A stretch of DNA of 62,886 nucleotides, counting the filler, from Octopus bimaculoides (taxonomy: Eukaryota), in assembly GCF_001194135.2 (NCBI RefSeq). It is 6 parts of 6 records of this genome, joined end to end, with 100 filler letters (N's around TTAATTAATTAA, not from the genome) between each part and the next. Parts side by side here need not be neighbours in the genome. Positions count along the whole stretch, not along the records: positions 1 to 25,890 come from NC_068985.1; 5 more parts are not named here. One strand, written 5' to 3'. A program made the translations under genes and the position numbers. Under the pieces are notes generated by a model. The model made no database searches, was not told where the DNA came from, and saw only the letters and a list, made by a program, of their open reading frames with translations. Positions 11,461 through 24,279 of the stretch are shown here, in pieces (position 1 is the stretch's first letter; each line of letters begins with the position of its first letter).

Positions 11461-12049
11461 ATTAAGTCGACAGGTATTTTTGCTATAACAGTTGCACATT
11501 CTAGTGATCACCAGGCAACTATGATCACTATTACTATATAAGCTAGGTGTAGTATTAAAACTAATTGAATGACTCAGTGACCGAGTAACATTACTATAAT
11601 AGCTAACATTATTATTATCAAGTAGCTGCTACAAGCATGCTGCTAATGTTAGTGGTACATGATTCCCTAATGTTGATATAAATAACCCTAATCCAGCAAG
11701 CATATATAGTAGTAGGGGTGTGAAAGCTGGGGAAATGAGTATTAATGATACTAATACTAATGCACTAACTGATAACTGTAACAACTCTGATATAACTGAA
11801 TATGATGCATCAACACATGTCCAAATAGACAACAACCACTCTGCTAGTGTTAGCAATAGTGATTTCTCAATGTGCTTGAAATAGTAGTCAAATCACCTTT
11901 AAACCACACTTACTGTTTAAAAAAAAATGGATAATATAATCAAAGGCATACTCATTATTCCTGAAAAATAAAGATAGGATGGTTATGGCTTGAATGACTT
12001 GATCTTAGGTCACTTCAGTCAGAGCTAACTTGGGCTAAACAGCTTTAAC

Positions 12050-12330
12050 CATAATCAAAATTTCATAGATTACATACATCAATAAAGACCTGATTAACTT
12101 TGGTAATTTAGTATAATCAGCATAGCTAATGAGAGAAGATGTATTAATTATTGAGGATATGCCTGAAAGTGTTATTAAAAGCAGTAATGGCCCCATGATG
12201 GTTATTTGAGGCACTCCACTCAGAATTCTCAACTTTCTTGAAAGGATAACATTGACTGCAACAACTTGATTTCTCTCACTTATAAAGTTACATGACCACT
12301 CAGAGGTCACCTTGTGAGATATTAGCATAT
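12050..12330 (-). mobile_element. CR1/L2/Jockey-group LINE RT fragment
   Basis: ILSGVPQITIMGPLLLLI...LISYADYTKL is a degenerate SGVPQG..LGPLLF / YADD motif pair. Confidence 0.75.
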
Positions 12331-12708
12331 GACTGATTTTGCAAAGTATAGGCATATCACATGTGCGTTTGATTGGTTGAGTAATTCTCTTAATATCAAG
12401 TTATAATACTATTTGAAACAGCTTCCAGCTATATAGAAACGATGAAAAATAATCCTCTATGAAAATAATCAGTTTCTTTCTTATAAATTATTCAACAGCC
12501 TTGTTGTTATCTGAAAAGATAACACAGGAGAACAATTTTGAACATAATTTCTGCTGAGTTTGCTTTTTCACTTGATATAGGCTAAAATTGGCATGCTGAT
12601 TTCAAAACTACATTCAGTTTTCTTCTATCATGCTCAGTTGTTTTTCTACAGCTTACTCTCTGTATATAAGCACAATTATATTTTATTATTTTATCATTTT
12701 ATTGATAA

Positions 12709-14625
12709 CACTGGGGAACATTTTCAAAAACTTTTTAGTTGTCTTTAATGGTGCTGGGATCAGAAAGGCCCTCAGAAATATTCATCACATCAAGTTTTTA
12801 TTAAACAGGAATTCCTTTTTTTTAATAAAAAAAAATGTCAATTTTGCCATTAAATTCAATACTGAAATACAAAGCTAACACACACCAATAGTACTTTTTA
12901 TTGTTTAACAAATATATTACACAAAATGTTTAATTACACATTTTAGGATAGATATTTCTATCAAACTGGTGTTTCAGCTACTTAAGGAGTGAACTTTCTC
13001 TTTATTGCTTTGCAGAGACCAGCAGTAGTCAACCATCATGTTTGTGTTCCACCTGCCTTGATACCTAGTCTCCATGGTCTCAATGTCTTAGTGGAGTCTT
13101 TCTCCTTGCTCATCACTTATTGCACTATGATTTTCAGGGAAGTAGTTCAGACGACTGTGTAGGAAATGCACTCATGTTGCAGACCAGTGCTTGAAAACTG
13201 GTTAACAAGTTAAGTTCTTCATAATTTGATGACTTCCTGTTTCCTTGGAAACCAGATATGACTGCAACAAAAGCATTCCATGCTTCTTTTCAGTCTCCAA
13301 AAAATTGCTCATCCTGCAATAGTCACCCAATCTGTGACCTGTCAAACATACCAATCATAATTTTTTCACAAGACAAAGCTGGAAACTTACTGCTTAAGTA
13401 TTTGAAACAGTCACTGTCTCAGTGTTTCAACGAATGTTTTAACTCTTTAACATTTAAACCAACCGTATCCTGCCAAAATATTCTATTTGTTTTATGTTCA
13501 AACTGGCCAAATGCAGTCTCTCACACTTACCCTACAATATCATACTAAAAGTAAATAATCCCATAATTGAAATCTCAAAGCCATAAGATAATGCATGTAT
13601 AATTCAAAACAAGGAAGAAATAAATATTACATTTGACAAACTAACGTAAATGCTAAAGAGTTAAACATTATATGGATTGCCCAGGATTTGTCTTGATCAC
13701 CCAGTTGTATTCCAAAGTAAGTAAGGTCAGCTTTCTTTACAAAATCTGTGATTTTGTTTCGCTGAATGGGTAAAGTGTAACATTCACAAATATAGCAGAA
13801 GACATCAGGGTTGTTTTTGCATTTTCTTCTCTCATAACTGGTCATATTTCTGAAATACAAAACATTTGTCACCCAGGAAAAGAATTTTCAGAATTGTCAA
13901 CAGTTATAAACAGATGCAAAGTTTCATAAAGAACATACATACCATGAAGTTTTTTCTTCAGTTTTTTGATCATCATCATCATCACTGTTTAACATCTGCT
14001 TTCCATGCTGCTTGACAAAAGATGACCTTGACCCTTGTGATCTCACAATTGAAACATTAAAGGTGCATTTAAAATAGCAATTTTCATAGGAAATATTTAC
14101 AGGTTCAACAAAACATGTCTCACCTGGTTTGCAATGATGGTCACACTAAATCAAACATAGTGTGGGCATATCTATAAGCAAATTCCACAAATATGAGACA
14201 TGTATGATGTCAAGAACCACAGAAATGTGTTGTTTATTAACATCTAATTGTATAAAGGACATTTCTGTCATCATCATGGCATTTTACACTGGTTATATTG
14301 AAAATAGTGTAAGTTGTTCAAGTTTAATACTTTTTATTTACTGAAGTTATTTAAATCATAACCTTAGTTTTCACTTTTGTAGATGCATTTACTTTAAATG
14401 ATATTGAAAAACGATGTTTTCAAAGTTATGTCAAGGATAGATTTGGCTTCATCTAAATATATCCTTAGAAATGATGATAATACTGGAAATGTTGAAAAAT
14501 GGACAGAGTTTGTGAAAAATCTTGATGTGATAGAGCAAAACAGATTTCATTTTTTAAATCAGCACCCCAAATTTACTGGGAAACATGTCTCCAACAGCAG
14601 ACAATGACAACTACATTCCCCAGTG
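12709..14625 (-). mobile_element. Chapaev3-like (CMC group) DNA transposon, internally deleted, with TIRs
   Basis: TIR CACTGGGGAA at 12709 and its reverse complement ending at 14625. N-terminal RKCKNNPDVFCYIC...YFGIQLGDQDKSWAIH (13627-13872); C-terminal YLSSKFPALS..KI..GMF, HFLHS.L.YFPEN..AISDEQGERLH.DI..ME.RYQGRW...MMVDYCWSL (about 13010-13500). Superfamily assignment is from my recollection of these motifs. Confidence 0.7.
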
Positions 14626-15402
14626 TTATATGTAAATATTAGCAAGTGCTCTACATTTTCTCTAATAGATAAGATATGTTATACCCATGATCACATTTGC
14701 GGATGATTATCACCTCTGAAAAATTTTGGAACATGTTGCCAAAAACTATAAAAGATCTACAGGTACTTTATGTCAATAAATTCAAACAATCAACCTATAC
14801 TTGGATAGTGTGAAAGTTTCCAGATGAACCTACATCACTGAAAGAAAGACATATGAAAGCAGCTGCTTCAGCATGGCCATACTACTAACCAATTTCAGGT
14901 CGAATCATTTATTATCTTTAATACGTTATTATCTTTGATAGGTTGTTATGCAAGTAGTAAAATGATGTTTTCATGTTTCTAACTTATTTTTACTTACTTA
15001 TTAAATTTATGGTATTTTTATATTGCTAACAAGTACACTAATTCTTTTAAAATCTCATTTTTATTCAAAAGAAATATTTAGACTACTTTTAATTCTTGAA
15101 AAGGGAAATATTTATAATGTAACTTTTTAAAAATATTATAGCCAGGATTTGAGGGAAAGAATCCAACAGATTCAAGTTTGATGAAATTATCTCCAACAAG
15201 TTTACAGGTAAGCTCTACAATTTTCATAAATACATATTTTTAAGATTAATCTCAAACTGTTGCTGTCATTATCATGCATTAAAATTTATTTGAAAGACAC
15301 TAAATTAAAGAAGCAGAATAAATATGAAATGGCTGTAGTGAACTTGCTTATAGAGCTGTTTCTTGCTATCAGGAATAAAGAAAAAAGAAATCTGGCCAAG
15401 CG

Positions 15403-16538
15403 AAGAAATTTCAGGTGTGGAAACAAGGCCTGGAATCTAAGGACCTTAGAGTTAATTTTGCATAAACCAAAGTCCTAGTAAGTAGGAAAATAGACATCTC
15501 ACAAGTCTCTTCTGGGAGATGGCCCTGCTCAATATGTAAAAAGGGTGTTAGTAGCAACTCCATATGTTGTACACAGTGCAAGCTTTGGATGCATCACAGG
15601 AAGGTTAACTGAGAATATAGTCTTTGCGTGTAGCAAATGTGCAGGTACAATAAGCACTAAAAATGCACAGACAATAGACTCCTTCAAGTGCTCAGGGGAT
15701 CATTAGAATTAGTAGTTAGCTTGTTACCCAGGAGACCAAGTTAGCAGTGGTAGAAGTTCTGAAAGTGTAGTTGCTAGAGTAAGAACAGGCTGGGCAAAAT
15801 TCAAAGAGCTTCTACCTTTGTTGGTATCTAAGGGCCTCTCCCTCGGAGTGAAAGGCAGATTGTGTGATGCCTGTGTACATACAGCTATGTTACATGGCAG
15901 TGAAACATGGGCTTTGACTACAGAAGACTTGCAAAGGCTTGAATGAAATGAAGCTAGCTTGCTCCACTGAATGGGTAATGTCAGTGTGTATGCACAACAG
16001 AGTGTAAATGATTTAAGAGGAAAACTGGGTATAAGAAGCATCAGATGTGTGCAAGAAAAAGATTTTACTGGTTTGGTCATGTGATGTGTATGGATGAGGA
16101 CAGCTGCATAAAGAAGTGCTGAGCCCTAATTGTAGAGGATACCTGTGGAAGTGGTAGGCCCAGGAAGACATGGGACAAAGTGGTGATAAAGGATCAGGAA
16201 ATAACACGAGACCAGGAAATGTGGCGATTTCCTGTACTTGATAAGATGCATCAAGCTAAGTAAAATTGCTGTCTTCCACACATACAGGCTTGTCTTTTCA
16301 GGTGCTGTATAAACACACCCATGCTGGTGCTGTGTAAATGCACCCATGCTGGTGGCGCATAAAAACCACTCAGCACACTCTGTTAAGTGGTTGGCATGGT
16401 GGGTGGGGGGCATCCAGCCATAGAAACCATGCCACAACAGACAATTGTAGTCTGGACAGCTTTCAGCTGGCAAGCTACATGTGAAACAGTTCAATCCATG
16501 CCAGCATGAAAAGCAGATGTTAAACAATAATGATTATG
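15403..16538 (+). mobile_element. 5'-truncated RTE LINE
   Basis: KFQVWKQGLESK, WPCSICKKGVSSNSICCTQCKLWMH, GWAKFKELLPLL, SETWALTTEDL, GRPRKTWDKVV, and the family 3' tail. Confidence 0.9.
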
Positions 16539-16579
16539 AAAGGTCACAATTTTTTAAAACACGTAAAGAGTATTGAATA

Positions 16580-19500
16580 CATCATTATCATCATCATTTA
16601 ATGTCTGTTGTCCCTGCTGGCATAGGTTGAACGGCTTGACTGGGGCTGACAGCTAGAAGGCTGCACCAAACTCCAGTCTGATTTGGCATGGTTTCTATGG
16701 CTGGATGCCCTTCCTAATGCCAATCACTCTGAGAGTGTAATGGGTGCTTTTACATGTTACCAGTACAGGTACCATTTGCGTGACGCTGTTATCTGCCACA
16801 ACTGTGATTTTGCTCAGCTTGATGGGTCTTTTTCTCAAGCACAACATAATGCCAAAGGTCTTGGTCATTGCCTCCGTGGCCTAACACTCATGCCAAAGGT
16901 CTTGGTCATTGCTTTCATGAGGCCCAACACTTGAAAGGAGCTCAGCCACTTTGCTTCCATGAAGCCCAATGCTCAAAAGGTGCTTTTTACGTGCCACTGG
17001 CATGGGTGCCAGTTACATGGGCTTTACTGGTCTTCTCAAGTGCAGATATCACCAAAGATCTCAGTCACTAGTCATTGCCTCTGTGAGGCCCAGAGTTCAA
17101 AGATTATGCTTCACCACCTCATCCAGTCTCTTCCAGGATCTACCTCTACAATGGGTTCCTTTCACAGTTAGAGATTGGCACTTCTTTACACAGCTATCTT
17201 CATTCATACAAATCATATGACCATACCAGCACAGCACATCTCTCTTGCACTCCACATCTCTCTTGCACACCACATCTCTCTTGCACACCACATCTGATGC
17301 CTCGTATGCCTAACTTTTCTCTAAAGATGCTTACACTCTGTCGAACATGCACACTGATATTGCACGTCCAGCAAAGCTTGCTGGCTTCATTTCCTTCAAG
17401 CCTAAGCATGTCCTCAGCTGTCACAGCCCATGTTTTACTACCATGTAGCATAGCTGTATGCACACAGGCATCATACAATCTGCCTTTCATTTTGAGAGAG
17501 AGCCCTTTGTTGCCAGCAGAGGTAGGTGCTCTCTGAACTTTCCCCAGCCTAATTTTATTCTCACAGCTACACTCTCAGAGCATCCACCACCACTACTAAC
17601 TTGATCACCTAGATAATGGAAGCTATCTATTAGCTTATCCAACTGGCAATTGATGGAGTCAATTTTCTGTACATTTTCAGTGTTTATTGTACCTGTGCAT
17701 CTTCCACATACAAAATCTATTTTCCCTGTTAATCTTCCTCTGATATTGCTGCACCTTTTATGTGCCCAAAGCTTATACTGGATGCATCTTATGGAGTTTC
17801 TACAGATCAAGCAGGGCAATCTACCTGAAGGGATTTGTGATTTGTCTACCTTCCTACTAACTAAGATTTTGGTTCTTGCTCGGTTAACTCTAAGGCACTT
17901 TGATTCTAGACCTTGCTTCCATACCTGAAACTTCTTTTCTAGGCCTGGCAGTGATTCAGCTATAAGAACAAGGTCATTAACATAGAGGAGCTCCCAGAGG
18001 CAGCCTGTCTTAAATTCCTCTGTTATTGCCTGGAGAAACAAGAGGGGGATGAGGACCAATCCTTGGTGAACCTCTATTTGTACCCTGAATTCTGTGCTGT
18101 ACTCGTTGCCAATCCTCACCTTACTGGTAGTGTCCCTGTACAAGACTTGTACAGCTCTCACCAATCACACATCTATCCCTAGTTTCTGCATTGACCACCA
18201 GATAAGGGGTTGGGGTACTCTGTCAAAGGCTTTCTCCGAGTCAACAAAAGCCAAGTACAGAGGTTTATCTTTGGCTAGGTATTTCTCCTGAAGCTGCCTT
18301 ACCAGAAATATACCACCAGTGGTGCTTCTCATCTAGACTAACTCTCTTTCCCTAATTAGTTGGATTATGACTCTCTCCATAACTTTTATCACCTGATCCA
18401 ACAGTTTGATACCTCTGTAGTTATTTCTATCTAAGGCATCACCTTCACCTTTGTAGTAGTTGACTATGGTACTGCTACACCAGTCATTGGGTGTGACTCC
18501 TTCATGAACCACCTGATTTACAATATGGGTGACTAGACCATGATCCACACCACCAGATATTTTAAGCATCTCAGCAGTGATTCCTGATGGACCAGGGGCA
18601 TTCCCTGACTTCATATCCTTAATTGCTTTATCTACCAAGGTACTTTCGATTTGGGTAACTGGTCCCTCAACTGGGTTAATATATGGCAGACTCTCCTCCT
18701 CCCATTTATTCTCCACGTTCACCAGTCTTTCATAATAGCATTTCCAAGCCTCTTTCTTTGCAGAATCATTAAATGCAAGTGCACCATCATCCATGCAGTC
18801 ACATTTCTCTCTTATGACATCATAATTTTCTCTCACACACTGTCTTTCAATCCGAAACACTTCAAGTCTTTGGTCCTCTCGTTGCTGAACATAGGCAAAC
18901 TTCTTCTTTTCCATTTCTCCCTTGGCTAGATATACCTGTCTCCCAACTTTTCTTCTTACTATCTGATACAGTTCCCTGATAGCCCCACTCTTCCACCCTT
19001 CCAAGTTTCTTTGCTCTAATGGCCCTGTTTACAGCATCATTCCACTACCACATCACCCTAGGTTAGGAAGGGACATCACCCTAGGTTAGGAAGGGACTTT
19101 GCTGAGACACTCAGCAAGCTGTCCCATAGGAATTCCCAGTTGCCCTCTATGTCACATGTCTGTAGCTCCTACTCCCTCTCATCAAATTTCTCAATTAGGA
19201 TTCCCTAAATCTTTGACCATATGAAGGGTCTGTAAGCTTCCAAATCCTTCTTTACCAGATTGGTCTGCTTCTCGGTTTTCTTCTGGCCTGGAGTCTAAAG
19301 TCACTTGTGACTAGTCTATGCTGGGGGGTACATTCTTCACCAGGGAGGGTCGTTGTATTTAAGAGCAACTAATCATCCTGTTGACTGGTGAGAATGTAAT
19401 CAATCTGGCTAACACAGTCACCTGATTGGTAGGTTATCAGATGTCTGGCTGGCTTCCTGAAGTTGATGCTGCAGATCAATAGGTTATTTTGCATCACAGA

Positions 19501-20010
19501 ACTCCAGTAGTCTTGCTCCCTCTTCATTTCAGGAACCAATTCCATGGCCCCCATGTACTCTATGGAATATATCAGGTTCCCGTCCAACATGCTTAGTGAA
19601 ATCCCCAACCACAAAGATGAGATCATTGTCACTCATCTTTGAGGTAGCCTGCAGAAGAATATCATAAAAGTAGTCCCTCTGTTCATTTGGTAGGCCTGCT
19701 TGTGGGGCATAGGCAGAGATAACTGTTGTTATACTATTCTGCAACATTAGCCTGAGCTTAAGCACTCTATCACACATTCTGACCTTATGCACCCATTTCT
19801 CTGCAGGAAGTATGTCCACACCACCTACTCTGTCACCCTCAGAAGATTGTATACTTATATGTCTTGCCTGTGAGGAACCTGGCTGAAGCTCCTCTCCATC
19901 TTAAATCTTGGATGCAACATACATCAACATGCTTCTATTCAAGCATCTGGACAATCTTGCTAGACCTACCTTTTAATGTGCCTACATTGACAGTGCCAAC
20001 TCTGAAAACT
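16580..20010 (-). mobile_element. Near-full-length RTE LINE (APE endonuclease plus RT), pseudogenised
   Basis: RVGTVNVGTLKGRS, ISAYAPQAGL, VVGDFTKHVG, SQIDYIL (APE); NNYRGIKLLDQVIKVMERV, ELLYVNDLVL, C-terminus, 3' UTR and (ATG)n tail at about 16580. Confidence 0.93.
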
Positions 20011-20640
20011 GGGAAAGGGCTGTGGGTGGTAACATGGGAAGGAGTGATGGTATTCAGCACCTGAAAAGGTTTCAGTGATCGTTTGATAACAGGCATGTCA
20101 CAACAGTTGTTCTTGCTTTAACCTATCATCATTCAAATATATTAAAACTGTTGCCTCTATTGGGGGTGAGTGTAATGTAAGCATTGTAAGTATAAGTGTT
20201 ATGAACGTTGGAAATATAAGCGTTACTGCTGCAAATATAGATATGTCAATATTTAGATTAAGTAAGTAAATGAGTTGCTATTAGTTAGTCCATTGTATAT
20301 AGAGAGAAAGAGAAAGAAAGAAGTAGGTGGTCTGTTAATTCACTAAGTAATACATCTCCTTTTGGTGCATGTAATAGTGTGGATGATTGTTGGTGGTGAG
20401 AAGGGAGGGACAGAGGTATGCAGGTCTTCTGGTACAGAAGTGAGGCAGAGTCCTGTAGGGGTTTTCAGTATAAGAGAAGAGATTTCTGTTGAAGCAGAGC
20501 TCTGTAGGGGTTTTGGTATAAGAGAAGAGATTTCTGGTATGAGAGAAGAGGTTTCCAATATGAGAGAAGAGATTTCTGGCATAGGTGGTGGAGGCGGGAA
20601 TGGATGGGTGCATTGTGAACAAGCAATGGCCAGCTTCACC

Positions 20641-21388
20641 ACAACAAATAGAAATAGCAGTAGGAAGACATAAGAGAGAGAGGGAGAGACTTTATCGCTG
20701 GGGGAGATCATGACAAAGAGGTGGATACACAAGTTATAAGATAAAGCAAAACAGAGAGAGAGAGAGTGTTGCAAGGATTTAGAGAATTACAAGTTATGAT
20801 AGTTGGGAACACATAAGAATTATGACAAGTATTTAAAGAGATACGATTTGAAAGTTATTTGAAAAATTAATGAAAATTATAGCAAGTATTTAAAGAGATA
20901 ATATTTGAAAGTTATTTGAAAAATTAACAAATTACAAGTTACGAAAGTTCTTAAGGTTATTTTAACTCAAGTATGTTAGTATTACAAGTTAAATGAATGA
21001 ATGATGAACAATTAAAAACTAGAGAAGTTTCTTAGCTTAACTGCTAGTCATTTCATGTGGTATGATAATGTCAATAGCAGAGCAAGTGATGTGAAAGTTT
21101 AGGAAAACCATGTACGAAGGGTTCTTTATATAATCTACAGCCAGAAGTGGTCAAATAAATAGCTAGCATTTGCTACAAGAAATAGAAATAGCAGTAAGAA
21201 GACATGAGTGAGGCAAACAGAGAGAAAGAGAGGAAGAGATTTGAAAGACTTTATCATTGGGGAAAATCATGACAAAGAGCTGGAGACATAAGTTATAAGA
21301 CAAAGGAAAATAGGGAGAGAGAGTGTTACAAGGATTTAGAGAATTACAATTTATAATTGTTGGGAACGCATGAGAATTATGACAAGTA
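20641..21388. repeat. Diverged direct repeat of about 190-210 bp (20641-20831 and about 21175-21388)
   Basis: Shared blocks AATAGAAATAGCAGTA.GAAGACA, GACTTTATC..TGGGG, CAAGGATTTAGAGAATTACAA, AGAATTATGACAAGTA. Confidence 0.85.
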
Positions 21389-21441
21389 TACCTATATGTA
21401 AATGCCTTTATATCAATGCCTTTAACATTCCATGGTCAACA

Positions 21442-21641
21442 GGGTGATGACCTGGCAGAATCATTAGTATGCTGGGCAACATGCTTAGCAGCATTTTCGC
21501 CCATCTTTATGTTTTCAGTTCAAATTCTGCCAAGGTCGACTTTGCCTTTCATCCTTTCGAGGTTGATAAAATGAACACCAGTGGAACATAATCAACTTAA
21601 CCCCTTCCTCCAAAATTGCTGGCCTTGTGTCAAAATTTTAA
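21442..21641 (+). mobile_element. SINE family C
   Basis: CTGGCAGAATCATTAG...GTTCAAATTCTGCCAAGGTCGACTTTGCCTTTCATCCTTTCG...GGCCTTGTG; a reverse-orientation relative lies at about 53663-53770. Confidence 0.75.
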
Positions 21642-21879
21642 ACAAATATTAAATGGTCAACAGCCAAACACCTATTTTAAATCTAAGCAAGTAAGTTATA
21701 GACCATATGCTATTTGAATACTTATTTTCAGGTTTTTCTAATAACAGGTGTGATAACAACTGAAATTATAGAATACTGAAATTATTGTAGAATACTGCAA
21801 AGTGACTTGATTTTAAGATTGTGGACTTTGTCACTACAAGTGATGTGGAAGAGAAAAAGTACTGTAAACTTCTGTGCAC

Positions 21880-22300
21880 ATTCCATATTGATAATGAACA
21901 CATCAGTGTCCATACTCTATATAATCACAACTAGTGGAATTGATGTGGATGTTAATAATGTCAAGTGGTAAAGATGCTTTTTTTTAAGCATAACATATTT
22001 TGCATGTAAGAATTACTAAGTGTCCATTTCTTCATGGTCACATTGGAATTCCAGTGCAAGTAATGCCTTCACTACCCCATGATTCCTTGAAAGAGCATGG
22101 CACTTTTTTGCATGTGCAAATTATGCTATTACATTCATAAACATATCTGCTAGGTACTTCTGCCAGGTATGAAAAAGATATTCCACAAATCACTTTTATT
22201 ATCACCTGCAATGAGAAACTTCTTCCTTGGTCATTTCTGGTTTGTGCTGTCTCGCTGGATTTTGATTAATTACAGTGGCACAACTATATCTTACTGTAGT
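21880..22300 (-). mobile_element. Academ-like DNA transposon remnant (XPG/PIN-like domain)
   Basis: Broken frames give QK*PRKKFLIAGDNKSDL, CDHEEMDT**FLHAK and VII*SMDTDVFII, matching the HEEADT...S.DTDV pattern I associate with AcademX proteins. Confidence 0.45.
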
Positions 22301-22626
22301 CTTGATGCTTATATGAGAGTATGTACTTTGTTCTTTGGCGAATGTTATTAGTAATGGGTCAAAACAGTAAGTCATGAGGTGTTAAATGTCAATGTTTTGC
22401 GGTTTTGTCATGAAAATCAACTTTGTTCATAGTTTCCTACTACTTTTGTGATTCTCTCCTTTTATGTTACCTCAAATGTTTTAATACTTTGATGCTTGAT
22501 TGGGTCAAAGAAGGCTTCAATTTCTTTGCAAAAGAATGTAAAGTTGTTGATGCCAACCTCTTCAACTTTCAGCAAGTCTCCCTTTATTTTATATGAAGCA
22601 CTACCTGAAGAATCATTACCTTAGAC

Positions 22627-22877
22627 CAGTTGTTTCTCAACTGGGGTCCATATAACCCTTGGAGGTCCATATAAGATTTTATTGTTAAAATTTACTGGCA
22701 ATAAATTGGTTATACATCTACAATACACAAAATATTTTAACGATTTTTTTTAATACAACTCCTAATAATATTTAATAATAAGAATATGATATGATTTTTT
22801 AAACATCAAATGGCTAGGAGAATTCATCCAAGTAAAAAAGCAATCAATAGGTAAAAAAAATGGTTGAGAACCAAGTG
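22627..22877. mobile_element. hAT-type (Charlie-like) MITE
   Basis: Termini CAGTTGTTTCTCAAC ... GTTGAGAACCAAGTG; 8-bp flanks CCTTAGAC / TCTTAGAC (7/8 identical). Confidence 0.8.
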
Positions 22878-24279
22878 TCTTAGACTTTGTCAGGGTGACA
22901 ATTCTTCAGGTGACAACACCAGAGGCTATAATTTTTGAGGTGAGGTTAGGTTAAAGTCAGAATACTGACACGTCACCACCATCACCATTACAACAATACC
23001 AAAACCACTACTATCATTACTTCAATCACCAACATTGGTACAATAACTATCATTAGCACCAGCACCAACACCTCAACTACTGATACAAACTTCACCAATT
23101 GAGGGAAACTTTATGCAGATGCTTGACCTACAAGAAATAGTAGTCAAATTGCCTCCAGCTAACACGCTACTGTCTCAAATTAAGGATAAATCTAAATTTA
23201 GGCCTTAATATAGAGAAAAGCAAGATGGTCATAGTGGAAGTTCATTTGATCATAAGTCTATTTGATCAGGGCTAACAACAAGAGTTGTTGTTTAACAACA
23301 ACTCTTGTAACATAAATTTCTATAACTATTCTACTTTTAGTTAATTTTGAAACATGGTATATATTATTTTAATTCTTTTCTTTAGACTTTCATGATAATG
23401 ATGTGTAACAAAAAGGAATACATTTATATTATCCTAATTATACAAATCATATTCACTTTGGAAAAATAGTTTTACAAGTGCTGTGCAACAAGTGATTCTA
23501 CACCAAAAAATTAATTTCCAACTTCTTCAATCTTGGTCATAATTTCACCCACTTTGCAACTGAATTTCAGTCAGTTTGTTGTGATATTGACAAACTATTT
23601 TCATCTATCATTATTAAATGCAATAAAATAGTTTTTTGTCAAAGGAAAAAATACATTATACAAAATTTTGATGAAAATTGGACAGCTTTCTCCAGACAAC
23701 CATATCTTGTCTTCATAAGAGGTTAATTGCTTTATTGGAGTCATTATACTCCTGTGATGATGATGTTGAATGTATGATTTCTATGAAAATGTAGAAAGCA
23801 AGAAATAATTTTAAATCTGTTTTTTATCAATGAATGTGCAACTTTTAATGATGGGGTAATCAGTTTCAAGATATATCTATTTCACAAATTGTCTGATTTG
23901 AATTAAGTTTTCTCCAGCATTGTTGCATAAATCACAAACTTAAATTCAGAGGTATAGCAAACAAGGCATAGTTCCTTCTGCCTTAAGTCAACTGACTGCA
24001 GCATACTTTCCTACACAGTAGTAGCAAATGAATATAAATTCACAAGCAGGTACCCACTACTACTAATAGGACCAGCTAGGGCATGACACAACCTTCCACA
24101 TGATCATTCTTGGCCAATGAAAATCAACCTAACTTATGTATTACCAGCAGTGTACATTCATCTTAATATTCCTGAATATTCATCAATATTCCTGCATATA
24201 ATATGATAATGGGAAACTGAGTTGTGATGGAGTTAAAACATCAACTTTTTATAAATATATATAAATGATAATTTAGGAA

